From Eledone cirrhosa (lineage: Eukaryota), in the NCBI GenBank assembly GCA_964016885.1, contig OZ024746.1, positions 83,018,001 through 83,082,000 of the forward strand: a DNA stretch of 64,000 nucleotides. The letters run 5' to 3'. This document shows positions 1-14,675 of the stretch, one piece after another; the stretch's first letter is position 1; each line of letters opens with the position of its first letter. A program made the position numbers and the translations under genes. A model generated the notes under the pieces. The model was not told the origin of the DNA, did not search any database, and worked only from the letters and a program-made list of their open reading frames with translations.

Positions 1-86
1 GGGGAGCACTCAACGAAGATATAGGTTCCGGAGTTATAATAGTGACGAAACATAAGTCAATTGCATGAACTCATAATTCTTTATTT

Positions 87-142
87 ACTGCTATATATAT
101 TTCGATGATAGCCATTGAATGGCTATGACCTCATCAGGCAGT
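87..142 (-). ncRNA. Minimal type I hammerhead ribozyme motif
   Basis: Minus strand reads ACUGC-CUGAUGA-stem II (AUAGCCAUU/AAUGGCUAU)-GAAA-U[AUAU]A-UA-GCAGU. Stem I is 5 bp, loop III is palindromic and the site is AUA. Confidence 0.8.
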
Positions 143-908
143 TAGTCAGTTCTTAGATATGCCAGCTCTGTGTTTATAGTGCTGATGGTATCAGAGCCTT
201 GGGACATATGAGCTTGTTAGGAATAAATTAATGTTGTCAGCAGGAATAGTCTTGATTCTCATTGGTCAGTTTGTAGATGGTAGTTGGGTTGGTATTTGAC
301 CTCAAAGAGGCAGGTGGTTTTGTAAAGTTCAAACCGTCAGGTAAGATGACAATAGTTCCATATGACTGATTTTCACAAAAGGCATTCCTGGTCAGATATA
401 TATTCAATTAAGGTTAATAGTATGAATAGATACTACAGGTCATTCTTAAATTGAGGAATTTATGTGGAGTGGTGCTACTGAAATTTATGGTTGGAGTAGA
501 AAATTTACAAATAAAAAGACTTATGTAGGTTGGCTTTATTTGTAAATTTTCTACTCCAACCATAATTTTCAGTAGCACCACTCCACATAAATTCCTCAAT
601 TTAAGAATGACCTGTAGTATCTATTTCATACTATTAACCTTAATTGAATATATATCTGACCAGGAATGCCTTTTGTGAAAATCAGTCATATGGAACTATT
701 GTCATCTTACCTGACGGTTTGAACTTTACAAAACCACCTGCCTCTTTGAGGTCAAATACCAACCCAACTACCATCTACAAACTGACCAATGAGAATCAAG
801 ACTATTCCGGCTGACAACATTAATTTATTCCTAACAAGCTCATATGTCCCAAGGCTCTGATACCATCAACACTATAAACACAGAGCTTGCATATCTAAGA
901 ACTGACTA

Positions 909-963
909 ACTGCCTGATGAGGTCATAGCCATTCAATGGCATCATCGAAATATATATAGCAGT
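909..963 (+). ncRNA. Minimal type I hammerhead ribozyme motif
   Basis: ACTGC 909-913, CTGATGA 914-920, GAAA 947-950, TATATATA, GCAGT 959-963. AATAAA at 965-970. Confidence 0.78.
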
Positions 964-1008
964 AAATAAAGGATTATGAGTTCATGCAATTGACTTATGT
1001 TTCGTCAC

Positions 1009-1288
<280 letters not shown>

Positions 1289-2629
1289 AAGAATCATTTG
1301 TTAAGTTACGTTCCAACATCAACGTAATGGGAAAGTTAGTTATATTTCTAAATCCTTCCGAATTCTTAAATATAATCAAAATTATTTGAAAACCTCAAAT
1401 ATGATAACAAAATGGTTAAAAATTCCAGCCTGAATATTAATCTTGAAAACGGGGGAATAAAATATGTCAACCGCGGTTTAAATTAATTATTCACATGCTG
1501 TGAATGACACATCAAATGTCAGTGAAAAACACGATATTCATCGTTGATTACCACAGAATTTGTTAATATCGTAACATCATTAATTCCCTGCCAGACCCCA
1601 TAGGACAAACCTAGAATTCTGTTAATTCCAGAATATGAATAATATATTGTAAGTTTAGTTTTCTCAACCAAGCGATTTACAGTAGAGATGTGCTTCCTAC
1701 GAAAATTAAGTAAAGGATCGATATTTATATATTTCTTCTGCACAATAGTGAGCCAATTGATTTACCTTTCGAAATGTTAGATGTCCGTTAATGGATCCTA
1801 TTGATATTTTCACTTGAATATATATTGTCTATTCGCTCGACCTGATAGAAATAGCAGCCAAATCCCCATCGAATTGCGCTCTATCGTATTATAAAAGGAT
1901 GGACACATTGAACAATTAAGTCTCTGAATGTTCTATTACAAAAAGTAATACAGAGCATAACTAGAATATCTTTGATCAGAAATTTCCTCAACCATGGCTG
2001 CAGAACAGCAACGGCAACAACATCAACACAGCGTGAGAGAAAGACAGATATGGAAGCAAACTATAAATGTCCATGTTTGTCTCCAGCGTTATACACTTAG
2101 TCACCATTGATTTTGTTGTTGCTTGGCCCCAGTTCATCCCTGATCGAGTTCACCAATAGTCAAAAGCATTTTAATTGTAACCATCCAATTTTATCCAAGC
2201 ATAGTATGTCCAAGACTAAATTATATAATGGGTACGTATTTCATACTTCAAAAATGATAGGATGTTGTTTGAAGGAGTTTCAGTTGCTATTTCTAGCTGA
2301 TCAACTGACCACATAGAGGCTCAAACGTTCGTCCGTTCCTTTAGCCGTTTCATGTAGTATTCTGATTTTCTTCAGTATCAAACAATATAACTGAAAAGTC
2401 TATGATTCCCAAAGATAGACAATAGAATTTGATGTATCGATATTATCGATATTATCGATAGTAATAATTTACTTTGAAGTTTCGTTCATAGTGATTTCTC
2501 AAAATAGTAAACTTAGAAGCCAATATTAGTAATAAATATTATTTTCTCTCTACAAACAGTTTTTTTTTATACAATGCATATTTAGTTTCTCTAAATAAAA
2601 AATAAAAACACACACATACATACACACAA

Positions 2630-2731
<102 letters not shown>

Positions 2732-2884
2732 CACACTAACAATAACAAGGGAATTAATTGAGGGTTCAACTGTACGCCACCTAGATACACAGATTGGACT
2801 ATTTAAATGTATATGAGCTTATTGACACAAGCAAACAACAAAAGCATCATCATCAACAATAACAAAAATAACAAAGAGTGCTAC

Positions 2885-2887
2885 AAT

Positions 2888-2925
<38 letters not shown>

Positions 2926-3255
2926 AAACGACGACGACGGTAGTAACTGCTACAACAGCAACAATTAAAACAACAACAACAACAATAAGAACAACAATAA
3001 CAACAACGACAACAACAACGACTACTACAACAACAACCACAACAACAGCAACAACAACAACAACAACAACAACAGCAGCAGCAACAATAACAACAACAAT
3101 AAGGACGACGACAATAACAACGACTACTACTACAACAACAACAACAACAACAACAGCAGCAACAATAACAACAACAATAACAACGACGACGACGACAACA
3201 ACAACGACTACTACAACAACAACAACAATTACAACAACAACAACAACAACAACAA
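2885..3255. repeat. (AAC)n-type trinucleotide microsatellite
   Basis: Direct observation. It abuts the 3' tail of a minus-strand SINE. Confidence 0.95.
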
Positions 3256-3261
3256 TAATGA

Positions 3262-3456
3262 TGATAATTGTTTCTACTTTTGGCACAAGGCCAGCAATAA
3301 ACCAGTGCATTACTGGTACTTTATTTTATCGACCCCCGTAAGGATGAAAGGCAAAGTAAACCTCAGCGGGATTTGAACTCAGAATGGCAAGAGCCGTAAC
3401 TCTATGCGTCAAAGCATGGCGTCCGACCCTCTACCGATACTGCCAATCCCCGCCTT
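3262..3456 (-). mobile_element. tRNA-derived SINE (main family of the window)
   Basis: A-box TGGCAGTATCGG, B-box GAGTTCAAATCC, central GCCTTTCATCCTTACGGGGTCGATAAAATAAAGTACCAG (Meta/MESC-like domain, from memory) and 3' GTAGAAACAATTAT. About 20 related copies occur in the window. Confidence 0.9.
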
Positions 3457-3753
3457 AATAATGATGATAATAATAACAAGAACAACAAAATTAATGGTAA
3501 AATATTGCAGTTGGCAGCGAAACTCACAGAAGACACAGAAGGGCGGAGTGTTGTGGAAGTGTAGAAAATATAGTGCTATAGCTTACATAAATAATTCATG
3601 TAATGTTAGCTATAGAAAAAAATGACAATAACAAATAGAATTGGCCATTCATTCATTCATCATTTCAGAATTATGAAATATTGCTGAGTGGTGGTAGGAG
3701 AGGGTTTATTAAAGAATGTCGTTAGATAGATTGATAGACAAAGAGAAAAATAT

Positions 3754-3790
<37 letters not shown>

Positions 3791-3794
3791 TATG

Positions 3795-3907
<113 letters not shown>

Positions 3908-4042
3908 ACAGACCAACTGAGACAGAAAGACTGATTGATTGACAGGAGACAAACACACGCACATACATATATATACACATACATATATATATATATATAC
4001 ATCTATCTATATATCTATATATCTATCTCACTCTCTCTCTCT

Positions 4043-4077
<35 letters not shown>

Positions 4078-4299
4078 CTTGTAGAAAGCTTCGCGTAATA
4101 TGACTTCCAAATCTCGGAATATATATATATGGCAATATGGTATTTTATATTATTCAGTCACAATAAGGTCGATGTTTCGATACTCAATGTTCTTGTCTTA
4201 TCACCAAAACACTACACACCCATATAATCTATTCTTCCTCTCTCCCTCACTCACTCACACGCATATACATACAGTCTAAAATCTGTATTTTAATGTAAA

Positions 4300-4360
<61 letters not shown>

Positions 4361-4448
4361 TATGTTCCGAAGAGATTGTTTTGGTAAAAACGGAAGCAAG
4401 CAGGAGAAAGCTACAACATTCGTAGTTTGTAGTTACGATGGAGATTCA

Positions 4449-4516
<68 letters not shown>

Positions 4517-4525
<9 letters not shown>

Positions 4526-4942
4526 AAAAAAGAGAATCAGTGTTGCGACGAAAAGAATTTATTGGGCATATTACAGTTGTTTCTCGGGCGACCAGCTCGA
4601 GGCACGATCGATGTGGTGATCAAACCTGACTCTGAAATCGCGCGGTCCTCGGATACGTCTCGATTCTACGAAGCAGGTTTTCCTATTCCAATTCCAATAG
4701 GAAAATCTGCTTCGTAGAATCGAGACGTATCCGAAGACCGCGCGATTTCAGAGTCAGGTTTGATCACCACATCGATCGTGCCTCGAGCTGGTCGCCCGAG
4801 AAACAACTGTAATATGCCCAATAAATTCCTTTCGTCGCAACACTGATTCTCTTTTTTCTGTGATATCATACTCTGCTCTACGAGGGCATCGAGTGCTCAT
4901 ACCGCCTACCGCATACGGACGCTTTAAGCATCCAACACCAAT
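4517..4942. mobile_element. Fold-back PLE-like remnant B in (TA)n
   Basis: Inverted arms ~4517-4687 and 4696-4866 with loop CCAATTCC, plus a one-sided extension 4867-4942. (TA)n on both sides. Confidence 0.8.
4726..4816 (+). ncRNA. Hammerhead-like motif, C4 variant with long stem II
   Basis: CGTAT-CCGAAGA-62 nt-GAAAC[AACT]GTA-ATATG, then AATAAA 4820-4825. The mirror copy at 4567-4657 (-) has CCGAGGA, differing at the free position N7. Confidence 0.55.
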
Positions 4943-4963
4943 TATATATATATATATATATCT

Positions 4964-5019
<56 letters not shown>

Positions 5020-5503
5020 ATGTATACGCCACTTACGGACCTTCATATATGTTAAACTAATATATTCCTTCCATGTAGTGTACCGTTTGTGTTGATGTTT
5101 CTGTATCAAGGCCATTAATGGTCACAAGATTACATAAATAATTTCAATTATGAAAAGAAAGCGTTTAAAAGGGTCAAAACATGTCGTATGCCACTCCGGC
5201 GCCCATTACGACTCCACCAGGAATTATAAGTCGGTCCATACAAACATATGAATACAAAAAGTAAAGCTAACAATTTGTTAGTTAACCTAAAGCAAACAAA
5301 TTTCTCTAAGATGCTAGTATTTTTATATTTTTGTTATATAATATTTGTATAATATATAATGTGGAAAATGATATAAGGCTAAACAACGTTTTCGTTACCT
5401 TCATCTTACCGTCCATTTTTACATTGTTTATCTTTATATAACTGTATACATGTTTACTTTTAATTAAATTTACTTATATAGTTATATTATATTTGTTTTC
5501 AAG

Positions 5504-5664
5504 GTCAAGGTCAACCGAACATTGTTGGTAAGACGCGGAGACCAAGAACAGCGTTTACTAGCCAGCAGCTTTTAGAACTTGAAAGACAATTCAAACTCAA
5601 CAAATACCTTTCCAGACCGAAACGCTTTGAAGTAGCTACGTCATTAATGCTGACGGAAACACAG
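5504..5664 (+). CDS. Mnx1: Mnx (HB9) homeobox gene, internal coding exon (N-terminal part of the homeodomain)
   Basis: Acceptor tttcaag|GT and donor CAG|gtaacc bound a 161-nt exon. It translates to [53 protein letters not shown], the diagnostic Mnx homeodomain. Missed by the ORF track. Confidence 0.97.
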
Positions 5665-5682
5665 GTAACCTTATTCTCTTCT

Positions 5683-5814
<132 letters not shown>

Positions 5815-5936
5815 TCACAACACACACACACACATATATATATACATATATGTATATATAATAAAGTGGGTTATAAGAGGCAGTGGGGGTAGGAAGGAGG
5901 TGAGAGAGAGGGAAATGGTGGACATTTGTATCGAGT

Positions 5937-5966
<30 letters not shown>

Positions 5967-5967
<1 letters not shown>

Positions 5968-6142
5968 AGAAGGAAATGTGGTAAGGAACCAGATGGACCA
6001 TAACGCACCAAAGTACTCAATACTTAGGGTAGTAGAGTGGGTAATAGGAACGAGAAGGACCCCGACGGCTGAATTTTCATTTAGTCCAGAATTAGCCGTC
6101 GAAACGGCTTGAGCTCAGCCGTCGGGGTCCTTCTCGTTCCTA
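5967..6142. mobile_element. PLE-like family C fold-back (3' half of an HHR)
   Basis: GAAACGGC-TTGAGCTCA-GCCGTC-GGGG gives stem III and a GUC site. TA-flanked. Homologous to 25455, 26681, 27867, 36440 and 41948. Confidence 0.7.
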
Positions 6143-6239
6143 TATATATATATATATATACATATATATCTATCTATATATATATATATATATATACATA
6201 TATATACATATGTATATATATATATCATATATATATATA

Positions 6240-6398
6240 TTAAAATAACAGATTAAAATTTAAGCAAAGAATCGCTGCTTTCACCCTTAACGGGATCTTC
6301 TGAATTTGATATATATTTATCATATATATATATTTGATATATATTTATCCTTATCGAGCCCTCTTTGGATTTTAGTCTTCAAATTTATTATTATTACT

Positions 6399-6400
<2 letters not shown>
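6240..6400. mobile_element. PLE-like family D remnant with inversion (A4-variant HHR on minus strand, ~6258-6303)
   Basis: Homologous to 24522-24671, 41706-41934 and 44598-45060. TA-flanked. Confidence 0.7.
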
Positions 6401-6464
<64 letters not shown>

Positions 6465-6864
6465 AGTAAACGAGGTATCGTTTAAGGTAATCCAAATAGA
6501 GGTTATGAGTAATCTGTACCGTGGATGATTCTAATGTTCAGCGTTGTTTGACTCGACAAGATGTTTACTTAGTTGTGGGTGCTCGGGTGGTGGAAACTGT
6601 ACTTAAAATCAATTGTCATGATAACACTGCGGATGGCGATTTTTAGACACACCGGACCAATGAAACATTTGTTAATACTTGGAATAAACCCTAATGTATA
6701 GCTGATCCGTGTTATTCTTCACTCATATATATATATATAGTATTAATTATACTATTTATGGTTATGTAAATACAAAACCTTTTGCAGTTATATATATTTT
6801 TTTATACAAACCCTAAATAGTGGTAGGCAGTAATATATTACTACCTTATTATTCATTAATAAAT

Positions 6865-6911
6865 TGGTCCGAAGAATCCAAACCTTGGTTTGGAGGAAAC
6901 AGTTGTAAGCA
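6865..6911 (+). ncRNA. Degenerate hammerhead-like motif (C4 variant)
   Basis: CCGAAGA-A-TCCAAACC/GGTTTGGA-G-GAAAC[AGTT]GTA. Stem I (TGGT/AGCA) has one mismatch. Confidence 0.4.
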
Positions 6912-6960
6912 CAAAAATGTTTTGAACAGTTCTTTGATTCTTATATTTCATATATTTCAT

Positions 6961-7072
<112 letters not shown>

Positions 7073-7153
7073 TATGTGTGTAATATAATATAATACAATA
7101 TAATATAATACAACATAATATAATAAAACATTCAATATGGAAATAAACAGGTT

Positions 7154-7202
7154 TCTAAGACATTGGAGGGTTTCGATTCGATCAATAAACTCATCAGTGA
7201 GA
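7154..7202 (-). ncRNA. Hammerhead motif, canonical core with weak stems
   Basis: Minus strand reads UCUCA-CUGAUGA-G...C-GAAAC-CCUCCAAU-GUC-UUAGA. Confidence 0.45.
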
Positions 7203-7519
7203 TTAATATAATGTAATGACAAAATATTCAAATATTCAGGATGCTGTCGTGAATAATATATATGGTTTGTATATTGTGTGGAAAATGATTTTAAATTTGA
7301 GATTCATTGAATGGCACTATAACAAAGTATTTTTCTTTAGATTTTTCCAATTAGTCCTTTCATTTATTTAATAAGACAGACTATATCAGCCGACAGAAAC
7401 ATCTTAAACTTTCGAATATTTTATCATTAAATATTCTTTCGTCTGATGAATGTGTTGAGTGATGATTTACTACATACACATATATACACATACATACAAA
7501 CAGGCACTCATACATCCCC

Positions 7520-7804
<285 letters not shown>

Positions 7805-7805
7805 G

Positions 7806-7851
<46 letters not shown>

Positions 7852-7853
7852 CT

Positions 7854-7906
<53 letters not shown>

Positions 7907-7945
7907 TCATATATATATTCATATATATATTCATCGGAAAATAGG

Positions 7946-7992
<47 letters not shown>

Positions 7993-8027
7993 TATATATT
8001 CATTGGAAAATATGTTACATATGTTAC

Positions 8028-8174
8028 AATCGGGGGTAACCATAGTAAGTAAGGTACTCAATACAAAGCAGAATATAAATATTTAATATAGAAATGGCTT
8101 CTACAGGACTAGAACTGTTTCATTCGGGAAAAATCATTAGGCTTCCTGATGATTTCTCTCGAATGAAACAGTTC
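8028..8174. mobile_element. PLE-like family E fold-back with a split HHR
   Basis: The two arms together reconstruct GGCTTC-CTGATGA-T TTC TCTC GAA T-GAAACAG-TTCTAGTC-CTGTA-GAAGCC. A second copy lies at 44477-44578. Confidence 0.65.
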
Positions 8175-8250
8175 ATAGATCATAGATCATAGATTTGCTT
8201 TATCAAAGATGACTAAATCGAATCAGTGACAAGACAATTATGATCGACAA

Positions 8251-8934
8251 TAACGATTTCTAGTATAGGCACAAGGCCAGTACTTTGAGGTGAGGGGAAA
8301 GTCGATAAATCGACCCCAGTACGTTACTGGTACTTTATTTTATCGACCCCGTAAGGATGAAAGACAAAGTTAACCTCGGCGGGATTTGAACTAAGACCGT
8401 AAAGGGCCGTAACTCTAAGCTGCAAAGCATTGTATCCGACGTTCTACCGATACAGCCAATCATAACAGCAGCTGATAGTCTGTTGCAGGAAGTCTAACTG
8501 TCGTTGTGGAGACGTTAACAAACAATATTTCAGACATAACATTTCAGAAATGCTATTAAATACATAACATCAATAATTGTTTCTACTTTTGGCACAAGGC
8601 CAGCAATTACCCAGTGCATTACTGGTACTTTTATTTTCTCTATCCCTTCTTCTACTCACTGTCGTCACAACAGCAACAACATCAACAAAAACAACAACAG
8701 TGGTAACAACAACAGCAACTACAGAGACAATGTTGACGATAATTATTTTAATATTTGTTTCTACTTTAGGCACAAGGCCAGCAATCAATCCAGTGTATTA
8801 CTGGTACTTTATTTTATCGACCCCGTAAGGATGAAAGGCAAAGTTAACCTGGGCGGGATTTGAACTCAGAACGTAAAAGGCCATAACTCTATGATGTAAA
8901 GTATGGCGTCTGACGCTCTACCGATTCTGCCAAT
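8251..8934 (-). mobile_element. Cluster of tRNA-SINE copies (8251-8460, 8572-8636 fragment, 8752-8934)
   Basis: Similarity to the SINE at 3262-3456. Confidence 0.88.
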
Positions 8935-9080
8935 AACATCAATAAAGTAATAAAACTATATGATAGACAAATACAGCGTAAACGGCTATTTCTTTTTTAC
9001 CTTCTTTAATCTACTGCTAATTGGTGTTTATAGAATCACTTCCGTATATTAGAAATGTATATACATGCATCAACGTACAG

Positions 9081-9202
<122 letters not shown>

Positions 9203-9656
9203 ATAGGAGGAAGAAAATGAAGAGAACGAGCGATCAATATATACATTCGTTAGCCATACATGCCTACGTTGTCACCATCAAATGCAATGTAAGCAGAAGG
9301 TGTCGCTATAGAAAACTCGTACGACTACTTAAAGGTGAAAAGAAATTCACCTGACGTGCAGTCTTGCGTACTTCTCTGGCACGTGTTACACAACTGTGTC
9401 GGTGTCAGTGTTTTTATATGCACCTGTCATCGTTTCTTCACGTGTTTGTCTTTCCTCGAACATTCCATGTTGTAAATCTTCAATTACAAGACAAACTATT
9501 ACATTCACGCTACGTTTATGTTTGGCCTCATGCATGTAAGTACGTGAACAAACAAAGTGAGTATGTATGTGTGTGATTGCGTGCGTATGTGTATGCATGT
9601 GTGTGAAATAATATATATATATATATATATTATATATGTATATATATTGTATATGT

Positions 9657-9711
<55 letters not shown>

Positions 9712-9829
9712 CGATACGTTGATTATGTAAATCACTCCATTTAATCGGGAAACTAATACGACTTTATGATGATGCATCCTCTTGTTTGTTCCTTTACACA
9801 TACACACACATATATATATATACACACAC

Positions 9830-9899
<70 letters not shown>

Positions 9900-9910
9900 A
9901 TATATATATG

Positions 9911-9949
<39 letters not shown>

Positions 9950-10139
9950 CAAGTGAGACAGAAGGAGGAGGACAGAATGGCCTACCTTAGAAAACGGAGA
10001 ATGCCATCGTTTGATGTCTGGCTGATAACAGATTGTTAGTAATTACCTGCCAATTTTTGTTTGAACAGTACTTAATGTGGCAAAGGACTTTTTGATGGGG
10101 CAAAGATTTATATATATAATGCATAAAATATGTATACAA

Positions 10140-10209
<70 letters not shown>

Positions 10210-10550
10210 CAATAAAAATCCGAGGCCATATTCATTTGGTTTTGTTTTATTTAAATCCGTAATGTACATTTGGCTGAGGATTATTAGTTATGACAGCCTG
10301 AGCTCCTCTGACGGTAAACCCATAAGACAATGAAATATTATTTAAAAAAACTTTAATTTTAGAAAAGGATTACTTTTCTTGATACAGGGGGCCGGTCGGG
10401 CGTTTTTGTTCTATTTCCATCCAGTCTGGAGGCCTTAAAACTGTCATGAGCACACCTCTTTATTTTTTGTTTGTTTACTCCATGAACATGCTTTTGTTTA
10501 ATTGCAGTTGCTATTTATTTATCTATGTAAAATAGGTGTTTCTTTTCGTC

Positions 10551-10581
<31 letters not shown>

Positions 10582-10606
10582 TTCCTTTACTTTTTTTCTT
10601 CAACAG

Positions 10607-11026
10607 GTAAAGATTTGGTTTCAAAACCGTCGAATGAAATGGAAACGAAGCAAAAAAGCAGCCCTTGAAGCGAAAGCAAAAGCAATTGCCGATAAAAATG
10701 AATCAAAAAACGAGAATAGATGTGAGTCTAATGGCGGCAACGGTGACGGGTCGGATGATCAAGATGGAAAAGACAGCATGGTACCGTTAGTTGTCGACGA
10801 CATTGGACCAGAAGACCCGTTGCAACCAGTTGATGCCAGAATCAAGAAAATGGAATGTGAATCAAATGACTCGAATTTTAATCGGTTACCCCTGCATCCA
10901 CCGTCGGTCGTCTGCATCAACAGTCCAAAATCGACAGAATCAGATACATTGAAGACTCCGGCAGCAAGTGTTGCTCAAGTAATACCCAATGTCCAGTGTA
11001 ACATTGTGCAACCTACGAGAGGATAA
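10607..11026 (+). CDS. Mnx1: Mnx (HB9) last coding exon (helix 3 and C-terminal tail)
   Basis: Polypyrimidine tract plus caacag|GTAAAG acceptor. VKIWFQNRRMKWKRSKKA continues the previous exon in phase 0, and the frame ends at TAA 11024-11026. Confidence 0.96.
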   Translation, partial: VKIWFQNRRMKWKRSKKAALEAKAKAIADKNESKNENRCESNGGNGDGSDDQDGKDSMVPLVVDDIGPEDPLQPVDARIKKMECESNDSNFNRLPLHPPSVVCINSPKSTESDTLKTPAASVAQVIPNVQCNIVQPTRG

Positions 11027-11785
11027 TCCCAGTCGCTTCATTGGTCGATTGGGTAATGAACAAAAATTAAATTTACAAAAAGAAAAACAAAAAAACACAA
11101 AACAAACATTTTCTTGAAACCAAAAAATATGGGGAAATGAGTGGACATTTTTATCTTCAGCAAAATATTTGCCAAATAATATGGACAGATTTGCAAACAG
11201 TCACAAGAGAAACGTCTCACATTCATGTAGACACACACATACGTGTGCACATATATATATGTAGATAGATATATATACACACACATGTGTGTGTGAGAGA
11301 GAGAAAAATAAAGGAAGGGAGAGATGTTAGACAATAAATGATAGTTGGTCAGATTGAATTTCCTAAGAAAAAAAAACAATTTATAAATTAAAAAAAATAT
11401 AACAAAATAATACAAAAAAGAAAAGAACACATCAATAACTGAACCAAAATAATCTGCAATGATAAAAATGATGTTCATTTCCGTTCAATTGGATTTTGGA
11501 ATTGCCAGCGTTGAGAAAGATCTCTTTACCATGTTTTGTTTTCCTCACTAGCAATTTCAAATCTCTCTGATCTTTTTGTCTCTCAGTCTCACCCTTTCTC
11601 TCCTTCCCTCTCTCTTTTCCCCGTACTCAATCAGTCTGTCTCATTTCTTCAATCTCCGTTAATGTCTCAACATTCCAACAACCTCTTTCATTATCCACTC
11701 CACTATTCAGATTATGAACCCTCTAATAATTAACTATTGGCAACAGCCTCAATCAAAGACATTTCTCTCATTCTTCAGAATGTTC

Positions 11786-11806
11786 AATAAAATATGCACT
11801 ATTAAA
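11786..11806 (+). terminator. Candidate Mnx polyadenylation signals (AATAAA, ATTAAA)
   Basis: AATAAA 11786-11791 and ATTAAA 11801-11806, followed by a TTTGTTGTT tract. An alternative pair lies at 13686-13696. Such hexamers are common by chance in AT-rich DNA. Confidence 0.3.
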
Positions 11807-12205
11807 AAAAGACATTTGTTGTTCAAGAGACATTAGTGAAAATATGAGTGACATAAAAACTTTTCTCGCTTCGCCTAGAAGCCAATGAGAAAAGTGGACA
11901 TATTTTGTTTGTGACTTTCATAATTATAATTAAAATTATAATTATGATTATGTGTATAATAACGACAACAAAAATTACAGCAAAGACTGGTTATTAAAAA
12001 CTTTTAGTGTATTAATTAACATCGATCAATTTTCCAAATATATATATAAATATATATCAAAGAATATGTTTACAAATTATTGAGACGCTAAAACAAAAAC
12101 GATAAAATGTGTGAAAAGAACAAACGAAAACAAACTGTCTACCTACAATAATACATGTCTATATATGTCTCTATATACATTTATACATTATGAATGCATA
12201 CACAC

Positions 12206-12402
<197 letters not shown>

Positions 12403-12687
12403 ATATATAGTATATATATGTATATATATGTATATATATATATGTATATATATATAAGACTATACATCCTTCACCCAACAAATTGACCAACTGCATAAAA
12501 AAAAAGAAGAGAAAACCAAAAACTATAACACATCTGATGACATAAAGAAACATGTTTACACAATAATTTGTTTTCCCATTCAGCATGATAATTCAGTTTT
12601 TTGTTGGGATATTTAGTCAAACAAGCATCATATCCATCACCATTCTAATTAAGTTTTACTTATTTATTATTATTATCATTATTATTA

Positions 12688-12728
<41 letters not shown>

Positions 12729-12742
12729 GTTATTATTATTAA

Positions 12743-12939
12743 GGGCGGTGAATTGACAGTATCGGTAGAGCGTCGGACACCATGCTTCGTAGCATAGTGT
12801 TACGGCCCATTACTTTCTGATTTCAAATCCCGCCGATGTTAGCTTTGCCTTTCATCCTTACGAGGTCGATAAAACACTGGAGTCGATTTAATCGACTTTC
12901 ACCTCCCCCAAAATTGCTGGTCTTGTGCCTAAATCAGAA

Positions 12940-12978
<39 letters not shown>
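12743..12978 (+). mobile_element. tRNA-SINE inserted in (ATT)n
   Basis: A- and B-box-like motifs, central domain, and (ATT)n on both flanks. Confidence 0.85.
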
Positions 12979-13532
12979 TTATTTTTTCTGTCAAATGACA
13001 TTAAACCCTTTTCCTCCCCAGAAATTGCATTTGCTTCACCGTCAATGTTTGATATTTGGACTATTACAAAGAGAGGGACACCAAGTTATCTGTGAAAACA
13101 AACATCTTCAACTTGTGTCTTTCGCTTTGTTCGTTGACTATTATCAGTATATTTTCTATTTATTGTAATATTTGTAAACGCTATGTGATGCCCTCCGAAA
13201 CAACAATAATGACAACAACAAAAACATGCAATAAAACCTCAACAACAATAACAGCAATGAGAATATTTATAATTTCTTCCTCAAAGAGACATAAATTTTG
13301 TTCTTAATTTTGTTGGTAAAAACATTTTAATAGGAAATTTCAGCTGAGATAAATTCTACAAAATACACCAAATACACCACACTCACGTATACACTCATAC
13401 TTACATATACACATATGTGGACACACATCAAAAGACACAAACAATCAGAAATATTAAATTACATATATAATTATTTCAGCACTGAACCAAACATTCTAGA
13501 GGAAACGGACATTCATGCATCCAGGAAGAAGC

Positions 13533-13649
<117 letters not shown>

Positions 13650-14042
13650 GATAATAATAATGAATGCAAAAGAGTACAATGACAAAATAAATTAAAACTT
13701 TGATTCGAAATTCAATTTTTGCTTGATTTGTGTTATTATTACAATCCTGCCTTCTTATAACTTCTCTATTGATTAATTAGCATAAATAATATTGTCAGTA
13801 TATATTCTGACAATTGGTTTTCGTCATTGGATTGCGGCCATATTGAAGTCTGAAGACTTTTGACCATCATATTGACTCTACCATTTATTTCAGTCTAGTA
13901 CTTAAATTATCAAGTCACAGGTGAAAAAGAAAACGTAAGTTGGTGTCTATCACATGCTTAAATATAGTGAGCAGACAAATTTCAATCAACTGAGATTATT
14001 AGAGTAAATTAAGGGCAAAAACATCCTCCTAGTATATATATA

Positions 14043-14140
<98 letters not shown>

Positions 14141-14608
14141 TCATTTAAATCGATTTGTTGACATAGAGGTCAACGTGAATTATCGACTTCGCTACCTATG
14201 GAACTGCTTTACAAAAGCTTATATCACGTGCGGAAATTCCAACAGAAAGAGTTGAGATATTTACTGATTCTTCTTCACCCGGGAAAGAATATTTTGGTAT
14301 CGGACACCTAAAAAAATTGCCAATCTCATTTATTGAAAATTTATTATTGGCAAACTAGGAATACGAGGTTTTATCAACTAGTCTTCCTACCAAACCAAAT
14401 ATTTTACACAGAGGCAACAGTGCGGCAGCTCCCAAAAGTTGCCAGACTAGAAACAGCAGCAAGTCACTTAGCCTATCAAAAAGCATCTCAATAGCCAAAA
14501 CAATTCTAAAGAAATCAGTACAGGGGAGAATGACAGAACATCTTGCTGTATTGATAGAAACGTTCGTAAATCAATTAAATAATTTAATGTAATCCTGGTT
14601 ATTTTACT

Positions 14609-14675
<67 letters not shown>

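Noticed and set aside
3262-3456. tRNA genes
   Set aside because: The A/B boxes belong to SINE heads, with no cloverleaf evident.
3936-3945. Exact Pbx/Meis site TGATTGACAG
   Set aside because: Embedded in a degenerate GATT/GACA microsatellite and probably due to chance.
4367-4430. CCGAAGA...GAAAGCTAC..GTAGTT hammerhead
   Set aside because: Stems I and II do not pair convincingly. At best it is a decayed copy.
10502-10606. N-terminal 35 aa of ORF 10502..11026
   Set aside because: Intronic (ATTT)n and polypyrimidine tract. The real exon starts at 10607.
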